In this document: piece after piece, positions 43,372 to 51,542 of the stretch | How positions within the stretch are numbered: position 1 is the stretch's first letter | Layout of the letters: the number at the start of each line of letters is the position of its first letter | NCBI GenBank assembly: GCA_964413645.1 | Contig: CAYPSA010000003.1 | Location: 19,328 to 83,327 of the forward strand | Direction of reading: 5' to 3' | Origin: an uncultured Gammaproteobacteria bacterium | GTDB lineage: Bacteria > Patescibacteriota > Microgenomatia > UBA1406 > HO2-37-13b | Length of the DNA stretch: 64,000 nt | Translations under genes and position numbers: made by a program | Notes under the pieces: generated by a model | What the model was told of the DNA's origin: nothing | Databases searched by the model: none | What the model saw: the letters and a program-made list of their open reading frames with translations, nothing else

Positions 43372-43731
43372 GTGCTTCGAAGACTAGTCGTAAACTTGAC
43401 GCTTATTCTGAGTGTCGTCGCTATGTGGTTGGTCTTTGATCAGCCCAACGTGGCGTTCGCACAGAACCCGACCCCGGCCGTTTCGTCAAGCCGTACCTTC
43501 ATCGGTCCGGCTCCGTCCAGCTTGGACACCAAAGAACCTGTCGGCAACTCGTCGATGCCTGCGACTGAGCAGCGTGCAAAAGTGACCCCATGGTCATTCG
43601 TCTGGCGACTCGCTACCACCTACATCTTACTTGGTGGGGCGATCGTTCTCATTACACTCCTTCGCAGGAGCTATACAAAGCCGAAGTCGCGCAAGCGAGG
43701 AGAGCCGAAGTTCGATCAGCGACACTTCTGA
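43372..43731 (+). CDS. small secreted/membrane protein (119 aa; N-terminal signal-like helix and C-terminal TM)
   Basis: ORF 43213..43731 is trimmed to the GTG at 43372 after a purine-rich stretch. The N-terminus is VLRRLVVNLTLILSVVAMWLVFDQPNVAFAQ and the C-terminal TM segment is YILLGGAIVLITLL followed by a basic tail. The start is uncertain. Confidence 0.45.
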   Translation: MLRRLVVNLTLILSVVAMWLVFDQPNVAFAQNPTPAVSSSRTFIGPAPSSLDTKEPVGNSSMPATEQRAKVTPWSFVWRLATTYILLGGAIVLITLLRRSYTKPKSRKRGEPKFDQRHF

Positions 43732-43799
43732 TCGCACGACAACTCTTTTCGCCACTGACCCGGGTCAAACGACTTGATCACATGTCCAAGGAGGACACC

Positions 43800-43970
43800 G
43801 TGAAACAGTGCCTCGTATACCTGGTCTTAAGCGTTTTGTTGGGAAGCCTCCTGTTGTTTGGACAGACCTGTCCAACAATGATTGAGAGACTCATCGGGGG
43901 CTTCTTCCTGGGTATGTCCGGCGTATACACTGCGTTCTTCGCAGTCCTGCGAAAGCTGCAGAGTCCTTAA
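43800..43970 (+). CDS. small membrane protein (56 aa, 2 TM)
   Basis: ORF 43590..43970 is trimmed to the GTG at 43800, which follows gtccAAGGAGGACacc. The sequence is VKQCLVYLVLSVLLGSLLLFGQTCPTMIERLIGGFFLGMSGVYTAFFAVLRKLQSP. Confidence 0.55.
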   Translation: MKQCLVYLVLSVLLGSLLLFGQTCPTMIERLIGGFFLGMSGVYTAFFAVLRKLQSP

Positions 43971-44118
43971 GGGATTCGGCGACTAGGCTTGGGGGGGGCG
44001 GGTGACCGTTTCGTAGTTGCACAGCTTTGTGCATACGGTCATTCGCCCCTTCGCGTTCTTTTTTCCAAAAACCAATAACAAACAGTTTCTACCCTCATAA
44101 TTTCTTCTGAGAATATTT

Positions 44119-44167
44119 GAGATCTCTCACTGCGTTCGAGATGACATGGGCAGTGGTTCAGAATGAC
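44119..44167. repeat. dispersed repeat copy
   Basis: The copy reads gagatctctcactgcgttcgagatgacatgggcagtggttcagaatgac. Confidence 0.7.
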
Positions 44168-44272
44168 CCTTCGACACTCTGTTCACTCAGGGCTAAGAGT
44201 AAGAATGTGCTTTTCCAACAATCTAAATATTCATTTATGGGACTTCTAGTCCGTTGACGTAGAAATATTCTG

Positions 44273-44473
44273 TTGTATTATGTAATCGAAATGTCGCCAA
44301 TTGCAAAAAATGTTCTTTCAGATCTCTTTATTAATATCGCTGCTGGATGGTGTGGAGTTATATTTATTAGTCCTTTCTTCGGTTCTGATTATCTTTTGTT
44401 GCTATCTAGAATAGTTTTTGCTATGGTATTCCTATGTGGTGGATACTCTTTAAGGAAGGGGGCGATTCGATGA
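44273..44473 (+). CDS. small membrane protein (66 aa)
   Basis: Two hydrophobic helices are present. Its stop overlaps the next small ORF start (ATGA). Confidence 0.4.
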   Translation: MYYVIEMSPIAKNVLSDLFINIAAGWCGVIFISPFFGSDYLLLLSRIVFAMVFLCGGYSLRKGAIR

Positions 44474-44595
44474 ACTCCTTTGATTTTAATCAAGCAGCTA
44501 ATAATGCTCAATTACAAATGGTTCTTGCGGTGATTGCTTTTACACTCGTTTATTGGGTATTTGACCGAAGAGGCGATAAAAAGACGAATAAGTGA
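44470..44595 (+). CDS. small membrane peptide (41 aa)
   Basis: It is not in the ORF track. The sequence is MNSFDFNQAANNAQLQMVLAVIAFTLVYWVFDRRGDKKTNK. It is coupled to 44273..44473. Confidence 0.3.
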   Translation: MNSFDFNQAANNAQLQMVLAVIAFTLVYWVFDRRGDKKTNK

Positions 44596-44600
44596 GTTAG

Positions 44601-45197
44601 TTACGCACTTTTTCGAAGTTTCAATCCAAAGTATCCGGCTACTGCGCTTAAAGCGGTCATGCCTAATCCAAATTCTGGACCTGCATTAGGAATGGTTTCT
44701 GGAGGAGCCATAACTTTTCGAATACATACACTTGCTGTATCTTGAGCACTTGTTTTATCATTTGACACATGCGCGGTGTTTGTAACACACGTCATGGCTT
44801 GGTTAGGTGTATTTTGTTGCACACGAGCTTGAATAATATATTCTTTTTCTTCTTGGGGTTGTAATGTTCCCACATTAATATGAGTAGTATAAACGTCAAC
44901 GTACTGTGGAGCGTAGTCTTTTAAGACAACATTATCCAAATTGGTACTTGATGTGTTTTTTACTTTGACTTTAAAGAAAATGTATCCACCAGGAGTGTAG
45001 GTGTAATCGTTTGATCCCAAGTTATCAACATAGGTATATACGGTTTTACCATCTTTAAGTTCCGGATACGAAACTTGTTTGTCGATAGCAATAGAATATG
45101 ACTGTTGTGGGACACTGTACGAATCGGCCATAACAGCGCTTGCCCCGTTAACCAATAGGGAGGTCGTGATTGCAAATGTGAAAGCTATGTTTTTCAT
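44601..45197 (-). CDS. secreted DUF11/CARDB-like beta-sandwich protein with a C-terminal sorting-signal-like tail
   Basis: It has a signal peptide (AFTFAITTSLLVNGASAVMA). The segment FFKVKVKNTSSTNLDNVVLKDYAP...GTLQPQEEKEYIIQARV is typical of DUF11-type repeats. The C-terminus is IPNAGPEFGLGMTALSAVAGYFGLKLRKSA, a motif followed by a TM helix and a basic tail. Confidence 0.55.
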   Translation of the reverse strand: MKNIAFTFAITTSLLVNGASAVMADSYSVPQQSYSIAIDKQVSYPELKDGKTVYTYVDNLGSNDYTYTPGGYIFFKVKVKNTSSTNLDNVVLKDYAPQYVDVYTTHINVGTLQPQEEKEYIIQARVQQNTPNQAMTCVTNTAHVSNDKTSAQDTASVCIRKVMAPPETIPNAGPEFGLGMTALSAVAGYFGLKLRKSA

Positions 45198-45259
45198 ACA
45201 GGGGGTATTATACTATAAGATGAAACGTTTGTCAACTATAGGATTTAAAGAAGGTTTAG

Positions 45260-45637
45260 CTATTTACAAAGCTCTTTTTTTATCTTCTCTTGATCGGACT
45301 TAGGAAGCTTGTTGAATTTCTCTAAGACAGGGTTAATACTTTTGGCATATACGAAGTCAGCTGCTTTAGAGGCTACTTGTTCCTTTTTTTCTTGAACATA
45401 TCCAGATATTTTTTTAGTCGTTCCGGTTCGGAAAGAATCAAATGTATTTCCAACATTTTTTACTTCATTTACAATTGATTCCCCCAAGACCGCCGGCTTG
45501 CTATTAGATGGATTATCTTTGATTGGAGGATTAGTATTGCTTATAAAAATACCTGCAATTATTAGTGCAATAATGAAGCCAATTTTGACCAGAGCGGAGC
45601 CAGGAATACTTTTCTTGTCTTCCACGGGTTTTAGCAT
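45260..45637 (-). CDS. hypothetical membrane-anchored protein (125 aa)
   Basis: ORF 45260..45748 is trimmed to the Met at 45637 because the upstream codons are the antisense of tRNA-Thr. One TM helix is present (IGFIIALIIAGIFI). Confidence 0.5.
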   Translation of the reverse strand: MLKPVEDKKSIPGSALVKIGFIIALIIAGIFISNTNPPIKDNPSNSKPAVLGESIVNEVKNVGNTFDSFRTGTTKKISGYVQEKKEQVASKAADFVYAKSINPVLEKFNKLPKSDQEKIKKELCK

Positions 45638-45673
45638 AACTTTATTGTATAATACATTTCGAGAATTAATATT

Positions 45674-45745
45674 GCCGACGTGGCTTAGTGGTAAAGCATC
45701 TTCTTGGTAAGAAGAAGAGCATGGGTTCGATTCCCATCGTCGGCT
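45674..45745 (+). tRNA. tRNA-Thr (anticodon GGT)
   Basis: The sequence reads GCCGACG-TG-GCTTAGTGGTAAAGC-A-TCTTC-TTGGTAA-GAAGA-AGAGC-ATGGG-TTCGATT-CCCAT-CGTCGGC-T. All stems pair. Confidence 0.9.
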
Positions 45746-45877
45746 CACGAATTATCCGTATAAACTCCGCATAATACATGTTTTTCAACCAGAGTGAGAC
45801 CGCCTCAATTTTACACACAATCAAAGTAGCAGTCTCAACTGGTCTCAAAACAGTATTATGCTCCGTTAATGTATGAA

Positions 45878-46579
45878 TTACTCTGAAACGACGATACCTA
45901 GTTCAAGAGGATTTTTAGAAGAAATGGGTTTTAATTGGGGATCGTTTGTAGATTCAGTTTCTTGGGCGCTTTCTATGTAAAAGAATACGCGATCTACACT
46001 CGAACGGGTAGGGAATCCAGCAACTCCCGAGGTTGGTAAGTATTTATCCGCGGTTTTGAGATCGATAAATGAAATTCGAACATAATCGCTCTCGCTACTC
46101 TCTAACTGACTATTCATAGCTTTTATAACAACCATAGATTGTACTTGATTCAATCCTAGTTTTCCGGTAATAAATACCATAAACCCTTCCACCTCATTTG
46201 TTCTCAAAACGAAAGCAGGCGCACTTGTTTGAGCTTTTTGAATTGAGGAAAGTGTTTTGCTTACATCGTACTCGTACGAAAGGGGAATAGTTTGAGAGCT
46301 TGAATTGAATAAAAATGCTTGAGCATTTGTACTTGCACCTAAAACAGTAGTCTGCGCAACTTGTTCCGTTCTGTTTTCTACTACTAGTCCTGCGTGCTGC
46401 AGTACCATTGATCGTAATTGGTCAATTGACGGGGTAAACGATTGGGAAGAGAATAGAATTACGATCATTGCACTTAATAATAAGAAAAATGCCAGGGCAA
46501 ACAACGCGAATAGCTTTGTTTTTGCAACCGCACGCAAACTCGAGACAGCAGTAGGACTCATAAGCCCATTGTATACCAC
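45878..46579 (-). CDS. hypothetical membrane-anchored protein (233 aa)
   Basis: An N-terminal TM helix is present (LFALFALAFFLLLSAMIVILF). No motif was recognised. Confidence 0.55.
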   Translation of the reverse strand: MVYNGLMSPTAVSSLRAVAKTKLFALFALAFFLLLSAMIVILFSSQSFTPSIDQLRSMVLQHAGLVVENRTEQVAQTTVLGASTNAQAFLFNSSSQTIPLSYEYDVSKTLSSIQKAQTSAPAFVLRTNEVEGFMVFITGKLGLNQVQSMVVIKAMNSQLESSESDYVRISFIDLKTADKYLPTSGVAGFPTRSSVDRVFFYIESAQETESTNDPQLKPISSKNPLELGIVVSE

Positions 46580-46588
46580 TAAATAAAT

Positions 46589-47224
46589 TTAGTCAATTTT
46601 CGCGAATTTTTGGCGAAAATACGCTATTAGGCGGGGAATTTCCAAAAGAATGAGCGCGACCAGAGCGATTGTAAAGATTCTAGGAATAAGCGCGGAAAGG
46701 TCTGCGAAATGCTCGCCAAGAAGCAGTGCATGGGTAATAATCAGCATTGAGGCAAGGTACACACTTCGATGAAGCCATTTCCACTTAGGAAATGTCATTT
46801 TTCGCATTACAGAATCGAAAGATGTTGCCGCTAGGAGCGTAAGAATAAAAAAGGCGATAGATCCAAAACGCATAGGAAACTGTACTTGTGCAGGCAGAGC
46901 AAGGAAATTGGAAAATCCACCTATGTTGATAAAGATAACAATATACATGTGTAAAAATGCAAAGATATATGCGCCAATTCCTAAACCCCGACGAGCTTTT
47001 ACGAGTGTTCCAGCATAGGGAATTGAACGAAATGAGTGAAGGAGTGGGCTAACCAGAAGGGCGAAGTAGAGATATATTGTGGCTGAAAGGCCATATATTT
47101 GCACAAGTCGAGACATCTGTTGATCTACGGGCACAACATTTAACACTACTATATATAGTATGAGTGCGAGTAATAAGGTCGATGAAATGATGTAAAATCG
47201 TACATTTCTTAAAAGACTATTCAT
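46589..47224 (-). CDS. ferric-reductase-like transmembrane (MsrQ/YedZ-like) heme-binding membrane protein
   Basis: The pattern RRGLGIGAYIFAFLHMY and TSFDSVMRKMTFPKWKWLHRSVYLASMLIITH parallels the conserved His-bearing helices of YedZ/MsrQ. Confidence 0.55.
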   Translation of the reverse strand: MNSLLRNVRFYIISSTLLLALILYIVVLNVVPVDQQMSRLVQIYGLSATIYLYFALLVSPLLHSFRSIPYAGTLVKARRGLGIGAYIFAFLHMYIVIFINIGGFSNFLALPAQVQFPMRFGSIAFFILTLLAATSFDSVMRKMTFPKWKWLHRSVYLASMLIITHALLLGEHFADLSALIPRIFTIALVALILLEIPRLIAYFRQKFAKID

Positions 47225-47769
47225 ACAAGTTTATTATATACGTGAAAACCTACGATTGCAGCAGATACAATAACATTGAGTGATTTATTTACTCCGTGCA
47301 TGGGAAGTTCCACGATTGCGTCGGATGCTTTAAGAGCATCAGCACACACTCCATGCGTTTCATTTCCAACAATGAGCGCAAGGGGGAACGAAAAATTATA
47401 CTCTGTATATGGAATAGATCCTTCAGCTTGTTCGATAGACACAATTTTCAGATTATTCTGGTTATTAGTCGATGCGTACTGGGCGCGTAATTGCTCAATT
47501 GCCTCAACGGTTGTACTGCGATATTCCCAGGGAACAATTTTGTATGTACCTACAGAAGCTTTTGCGATCTTATGATTCGGTGGAATTTCACTTTGTCCAC
47601 AAATATAGATTTTCTCAACCGCAAGCGCGTCGGCCAGGCGAAAAATGCCGCCAATATTGTACGTATCCCACACGTCATCGAGAATAAAATACAGTGGAAA
47701 TCTTTTAATAGGCTCAACCGTTTCATTCGGGTCAAGCTTGCGAAGCTGGTCGGCATTAAACTTTGTCAT
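47221..47769 (-). CDS. SpoU/TrmH-family RNA 2'-O-methyltransferase
   Basis: Family motifs are LYFILDDVWDTYNIGGIFRLADA, LIVGNETHGV and LPMHGVNKSLNVIVSAAIVGFHV. The start is trimmed to the Met at 47769. Confidence 0.8.
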   Translation of the reverse strand: MTKFNADQLRKLDPNETVEPIKRFPLYFILDDVWDTYNIGGIFRLADALAVEKIYICGQSEIPPNHKIAKASVGTYKIVPWEYRSTTVEAIEQLRAQYASTNNQNNLKIVSIEQAEGSIPYTEYNFSFPLALIVGNETHGVCADALKASDAIVELPMHGVNKSLNVIVSAAIVGFHVYNKLV

Positions 47770-48310
47770 AATAATGTACCGTGGCCCATCCAATAAGCAA
47801 TCCGAAAAGAGCTCCAAAAAAAACATCACTCACATAGTGAAAGCCTAAATATACTCGCGAGAACGCAATTACGGTAGCAATGCTATAGAAGTATAGGGAG
47901 TTTTTTTTATAAAAATATGAAAAAATAAATGCTGCGCAAAATGCGAGGGAAGCATGACCGGAAGGGAACGCGTAGTCACTGGGGTACGTTTTTGAAATAA
48001 AAAGGAAAGGAATAGAGTCTGCCATAGAAGGAATGTATGGGGTTAGTGAAAGGGGGCGTGGGCGATCTACAATGTTTTTCATAACAAAATTAACGAAAAT
48101 AGTTGTTGAAAGTAGACTAAGAAAAAGTAATCGTGAAAATTTTCCATTGCGCTCGTGATATTTCATGAATAAGAGGAATGCAACAAGCCATACGAGTGCA
48201 AAAATGCCACGTAATGAAAAGAAATTGAAAATGATATCTATAAATAGAGGATGGGGAAGTAAATGAATTGCGTGTGAAATTGTGTGATCGAATGAGACAA
48301 GTGATTCCAT
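47756..48310 (-). CDS. PAP2-family lipid phosphatase
   Basis: The three PAP2 motifs are present: KNIVDRPRP, FPSGHAS and SRVYLGFHYVSDV. The protein has multiple TM helices. Confidence 0.85.
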   Translation of the reverse strand: MESLVSFDHTISHAIHLLPHPLFIDIIFNFFSLRGIFALVWLVAFLLFMKYHERNGKFSRLLFLSLLSTTIFVNFVMKNIVDRPRPLSLTPYIPSMADSIPFLFISKTYPSDYAFPSGHASLAFCAAFIFSYFYKKNSLYFYSIATVIAFSRVYLGFHYVSDVFFGALFGLLIGWATVHYYDKV

Positions 48311-48321
48311 GATTGTTATTA

Positions 48322-49374
48322 TTAAATAATTATGAGTTCGCGATTATAATTAGTAAGCGTTGTGACTGTTTGATCAGGGTTTATTACAATCGTGTCTTCA
48401 AGCCTCATTCCCCATTTGTCAGGTAGATAAATTCCCGGTTCCACAGTAATAACATGCCCTGGTTTTATTGTATCAGTACTAATAGGCGAAAAACGCGGAT
48501 TTTCGTGTACTTGAATGCCAATTCCATGCCCAGTAGCGTGGGAATATACGGAAAAACCGGCGTTTTGGAGTGTAGCGCGGCACAGTTGGTCAACTTCCTT
48601 GTACGTTGAGAGCGTAGAAAGCGCAGTAATGGCTTGTTGCTGAGCCGTAAAGAGCGCCGTATACGCTTCTTTTACTTCCGTGCTTGGCTCTCCCACAGAT
48701 ATCATTCGAGTAATGTCGGAGCAATAATTATTATATCGAATGCCGTAGTCTATGAGTATTAGTGATCCTTGCTTGACTCTCTTATCCCCATGAGTCTTGG
48801 TGTCGTAATGGGCGATTGCGCTATTCTCATCAACGGCAACGATGGGAGTAAATGCGTGCTCGATCATCTCTGTTCCGAGCCCCCGGAGCTCGGAATAAAG
48901 TAATGACAAAATCTCTTTCTCGCTCATTCCCACTTTTATACAAGGAATCACGTTTTTAAGTAGAGAATCGACAAGCTCACAAGCCTTCTTTATATGCAAA
49001 ATCTCTTGTTCATTTTTAACCTCTCTTAGAGTATAACTCTCATATTCTCCGTTTAATTTCACCCCTTTTTTTCTAAATTGCTCCCATTCTGAAACTGTCA
49101 AATCATTCTTCTCAAACGCAATCTCATTTTCGCCTACAAGCTCTACGAGCTGATGCGCCAATCTCTGTTCTGCAGATAGGAGTCTAAACTCGATATTTTT
49201 ACCAGCAAGCTTCTCTACAAGAACCTTACTTTCAAATCGTCCATCGGTAAAAAAATATGTTTTCTGGGGTGTTAATAACATCCACGCATCGCGTTCTTGG
49301 CCTGTAGGATCACCGAATCCGGTTTTATAAAATATAGTGGTCGCACTCGAAATAAGTACAAATTGGGTTGACAT
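48322..49374 (-). CDS. M24-family Xaa-Pro aminopeptidase/dipeptidase
   Basis: A creatinase-like N-terminal domain precedes an M24 core with motifs LIDYGIRYNNYCSDITR, GHGIGIQVHE, VEPGIY and RLEDTIVI. Confidence 0.8.
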   Translation of the reverse strand: MSTQFVLISSATTIFYKTGFGDPTGQERDAWMLLTPQKTYFFTDGRFESKVLVEKLAGKNIEFRLLSAEQRLAHQLVELVGENEIAFEKNDLTVSEWEQFRKKGVKLNGEYESYTLREVKNEQEILHIKKACELVDSLLKNVIPCIKVGMSEKEILSLLYSELRGLGTEMIEHAFTPIVAVDENSAIAHYDTKTHGDKRVKQGSLILIDYGIRYNNYCSDITRMISVGEPSTEVKEAYTALFTAQQQAITALSTLSTYKEVDQLCRATLQNAGFSVYSHATGHGIGIQVHENPRFSPISTDTIKPGHVITVEPGIYLPDKWGMRLEDTIVINPDQTVTTLTNYNRELIII

Positions 49375-49405
49375 GTACCTATTATACTGCTATCATGTTC
49401 CCACC

Positions 49406-50053
49406 ATGGATATTAAATACCTCGGACATGCTTCGTTTTCAGTAAAGTCAAAACTCGGTTCGGTTGTTATGGATCCGTTTGATACGAAAAAGGTCGGACT
49501 AAAGTTTCCCGCACAAGAAGCCGATGTGGTAACGGTTTCACACGAGCACGATGACCATAATTACCTTGCCGGAGTTACTGGAACTCCATTGGTCGTTAAT
49601 ATTCCTGGGGAATATGAAAAAAATGGCATTCGTATTTATGGCTATGAATCGTATCACGATGGTAATAAAGGTGCGGATCGAGGGAAAAATACACTGTTTA
49701 AAATAGTAGCCGAAGATATTTCCGTATTACATTGTGGTGATTTAGGCCACACGCTTACGGAAGAAGCACTTGAGGAAATTGACACCGTTGATGTACTTAT
49801 GATTCCCGTTGGAGGTCATTACACAATTTCTGCCGATGAAGCCGCGAAGATCATTTCAAAAATCGAACCATCAATTGTTATTCCCATGCATTATAAGACC
49901 GATGCACATAATCCAGATACGTTCAAGGACGTGGCGCCACTTTCTGACTTTTTAACAAAAATGGGCGCTAGTACTGTGGAACCTGTAAAGAAACTTACCA
50001 TCAAAAAAGCTGATTTGACCGATCAAATGCAGATTGTTGTAATGGAAGTCTAA
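49406..50053 (+). CDS. MBL-fold metal-dependent hydrolase
   Basis: Motifs are MDIKYLGHASFSVKS...VVMDPF and VVTVSHEHDDHN. The start is trimmed to the ATG at 49406. Confidence 0.75.
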   Translation: MDIKYLGHASFSVKSKLGSVVMDPFDTKKVGLKFPAQEADVVTVSHEHDDHNYLAGVTGTPLVVNIPGEYEKNGIRIYGYESYHDGNKGADRGKNTLFKIVAEDISVLHCGDLGHTLTEEALEEIDTVDVLMIPVGGHYTISADEAAKIISKIEPSIVIPMHYKTDAHNPDTFKDVAPLSDFLTKMGASTVEPVKKLTIKKADLTDQMQIVVMEV

Positions 50054-50056
50054 TTT

Positions 50057-51397
50057 ATGCCAAGTGGCTCGTTGACCAAAACTCCTCCTCATGATACCGA
50101 AGCAGAAAAAGCCGTTTTAGGTGGTATTCTTATTGATCCCGCTGCCGTTTCCTTAGTCGCGGAAATTATTGGAGCTCAGCATTTCTATGTTCCGGCTCAT
50201 GGAATTATTTTCACGAGCATGCTTACATTGTTTGAAAAAAATCAGCCAGTCGACGTGGTCACGCTCTCAGCCGAACTTAAAAGACAAGGAGAGCTTACTA
50301 AAATCGGCGGCGGAGCGTATTTGGCAGATTTGATTGATACTGTGCCTACCAGTGCGTACGTAGAGCATTATGCACGAATTGTAAAAGCTGCGTATGTAAA
50401 GCGCTCTCTTATTACCATGGCTAGCCACTTAGTTGAGCGGTCATTTGAAGAAACAGGAGATGTGAAAATTTTACTAACTGAAGCCGAAACGGGGATTTTT
50501 TCACTTTCGCAAGCGTATTTGCATCAAGATTTCGTAACACTCAAAAGTATTTTGGCCGAAAGTTTTGAGCGACTTGAGGCGGCGAGTAAGGGTGATGGTC
50601 TGCGGGGTATTGGGACAGGATTTAAGCATTTGGATAACAAGTTGGCCGGCATGCAGGATTCAAATTTAATTATCTTAGCTGCTCGACCTGGTATTGGAAA
50701 AACAAGTATGGCCTTGAATGTGGCTCTTCATGCGGCGCTTGTTGAAAAACAACCCGTTGGAATATTTTCTTTGGAAATGAGTAAGGAAGAGTTGGTAGAC
50801 CGTTTATTAGTTGGGCATGCCGATATAGATGCTTGGCGACTTAAAACAGGCAAACTAACAGACGATGATATGGGGAAGCTCACTCAAGCCATGGGTGATT
50901 TATCGGATGCGCCTATTTACATTGACGACACTCCAGGAGCAACTATTTTGGAAATGCGCACAAAAGCGCGAAAATTAAAAATCGAAAAAGGTTTAAGAAT
51001 GGTTATTATCGACTATTTACAGCTTGTAAACCCAGGCAAAAGGGTAGAGAACCGTGTTCAAGAAGTTTCGTATATTTCCCAAAACCTTAAAAATCTTGCC
51101 CGTGAACTCAAAGTTCCAGTATTGGCGCTCTCACAGCTCTCGCGAGCCATTGAACATCGGGGTGAAAAGAAGCCGCAATTGGCCGATTTGCGCGAATCCG
51201 GATCAATCGAGCAGGACGCAGACGTAGTTATGTTCTTGTATTATGAAAAAGAAACTGAAGACTTGCTTGATGAGACTAAAAAAATGATAAAACTTTTTAT
51301 TGCTAAGCATCGAAACGGCTCAACGGGCGAAATCGACCTCATGTTCCGAGGAGACCGTGTGAAATTCTATTCAGTGGATCATACTGCGGGGATTTAG
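50057..51397 (+). CDS. dnaB: replicative DNA helicase DnaB
   Basis: The N-terminus is PPHDTEAEKAVLGGILIDP and Walker A is ARPGIGKTSMALN. Other motifs are IFSLEMS, IDYLQL, LSQLSR and RESGSIEQDADVVMFLY. Confidence 0.95.
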   Translation: MPSGSLTKTPPHDTEAEKAVLGGILIDPAAVSLVAEIIGAQHFYVPAHGIIFTSMLTLFEKNQPVDVVTLSAELKRQGELTKIGGGAYLADLIDTVPTSAYVEHYARIVKAAYVKRSLITMASHLVERSFEETGDVKILLTEAETGIFSLSQAYLHQDFVTLKSILAESFERLEAASKGDGLRGIGTGFKHLDNKLAGMQDSNLIILAARPGIGKTSMALNVALHAALVEKQPVGIFSLEMSKEELVDRLLVGHADIDAWRLKTGKLTDDDMGKLTQAMGDLSDAPIYIDDTPGATILEMRTKARKLKIEKGLRMVIIDYLQLVNPGKRVENRVQEVSYISQNLKNLARELKVPVLALSQLSRAIEHRGEKKPQLADLRESGSIEQDADVVMFLYYEKETEDLLDETKKMIKLFIAKHRNGSTGEIDLMFRGDRVKFYSVDHTAGI

Positions 51398-51399
51398 TG

Positions 51400-51482
51400 T
51401 GCCGGGGGAGGGACTCGAACCCTCATGTCCTTGCGAACACCAGTTTTTGAGACTGGTCTGTCTACCATTTCAGCACCCCGGC
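51400..51482 (-). tRNA. tRNA-Leu (anticodon CAA), class II
   Basis: The reverse complement reads GCCGGGG-TG-CTGAAATGGTAGACAG-A-CCAGT-CTCAAAA-ACTGG-TGTTCGCAAGGACAT-GAGGG-TTCGAGT-CCCTC-CCCCGGC-A. Confidence 0.9.
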
Positions 51483-51542
51483 GTGCCTACTTATTATACC
51501 ACCCGATTTGCCAAAAGTGCCTTGTTGGATTATACTTACCCC

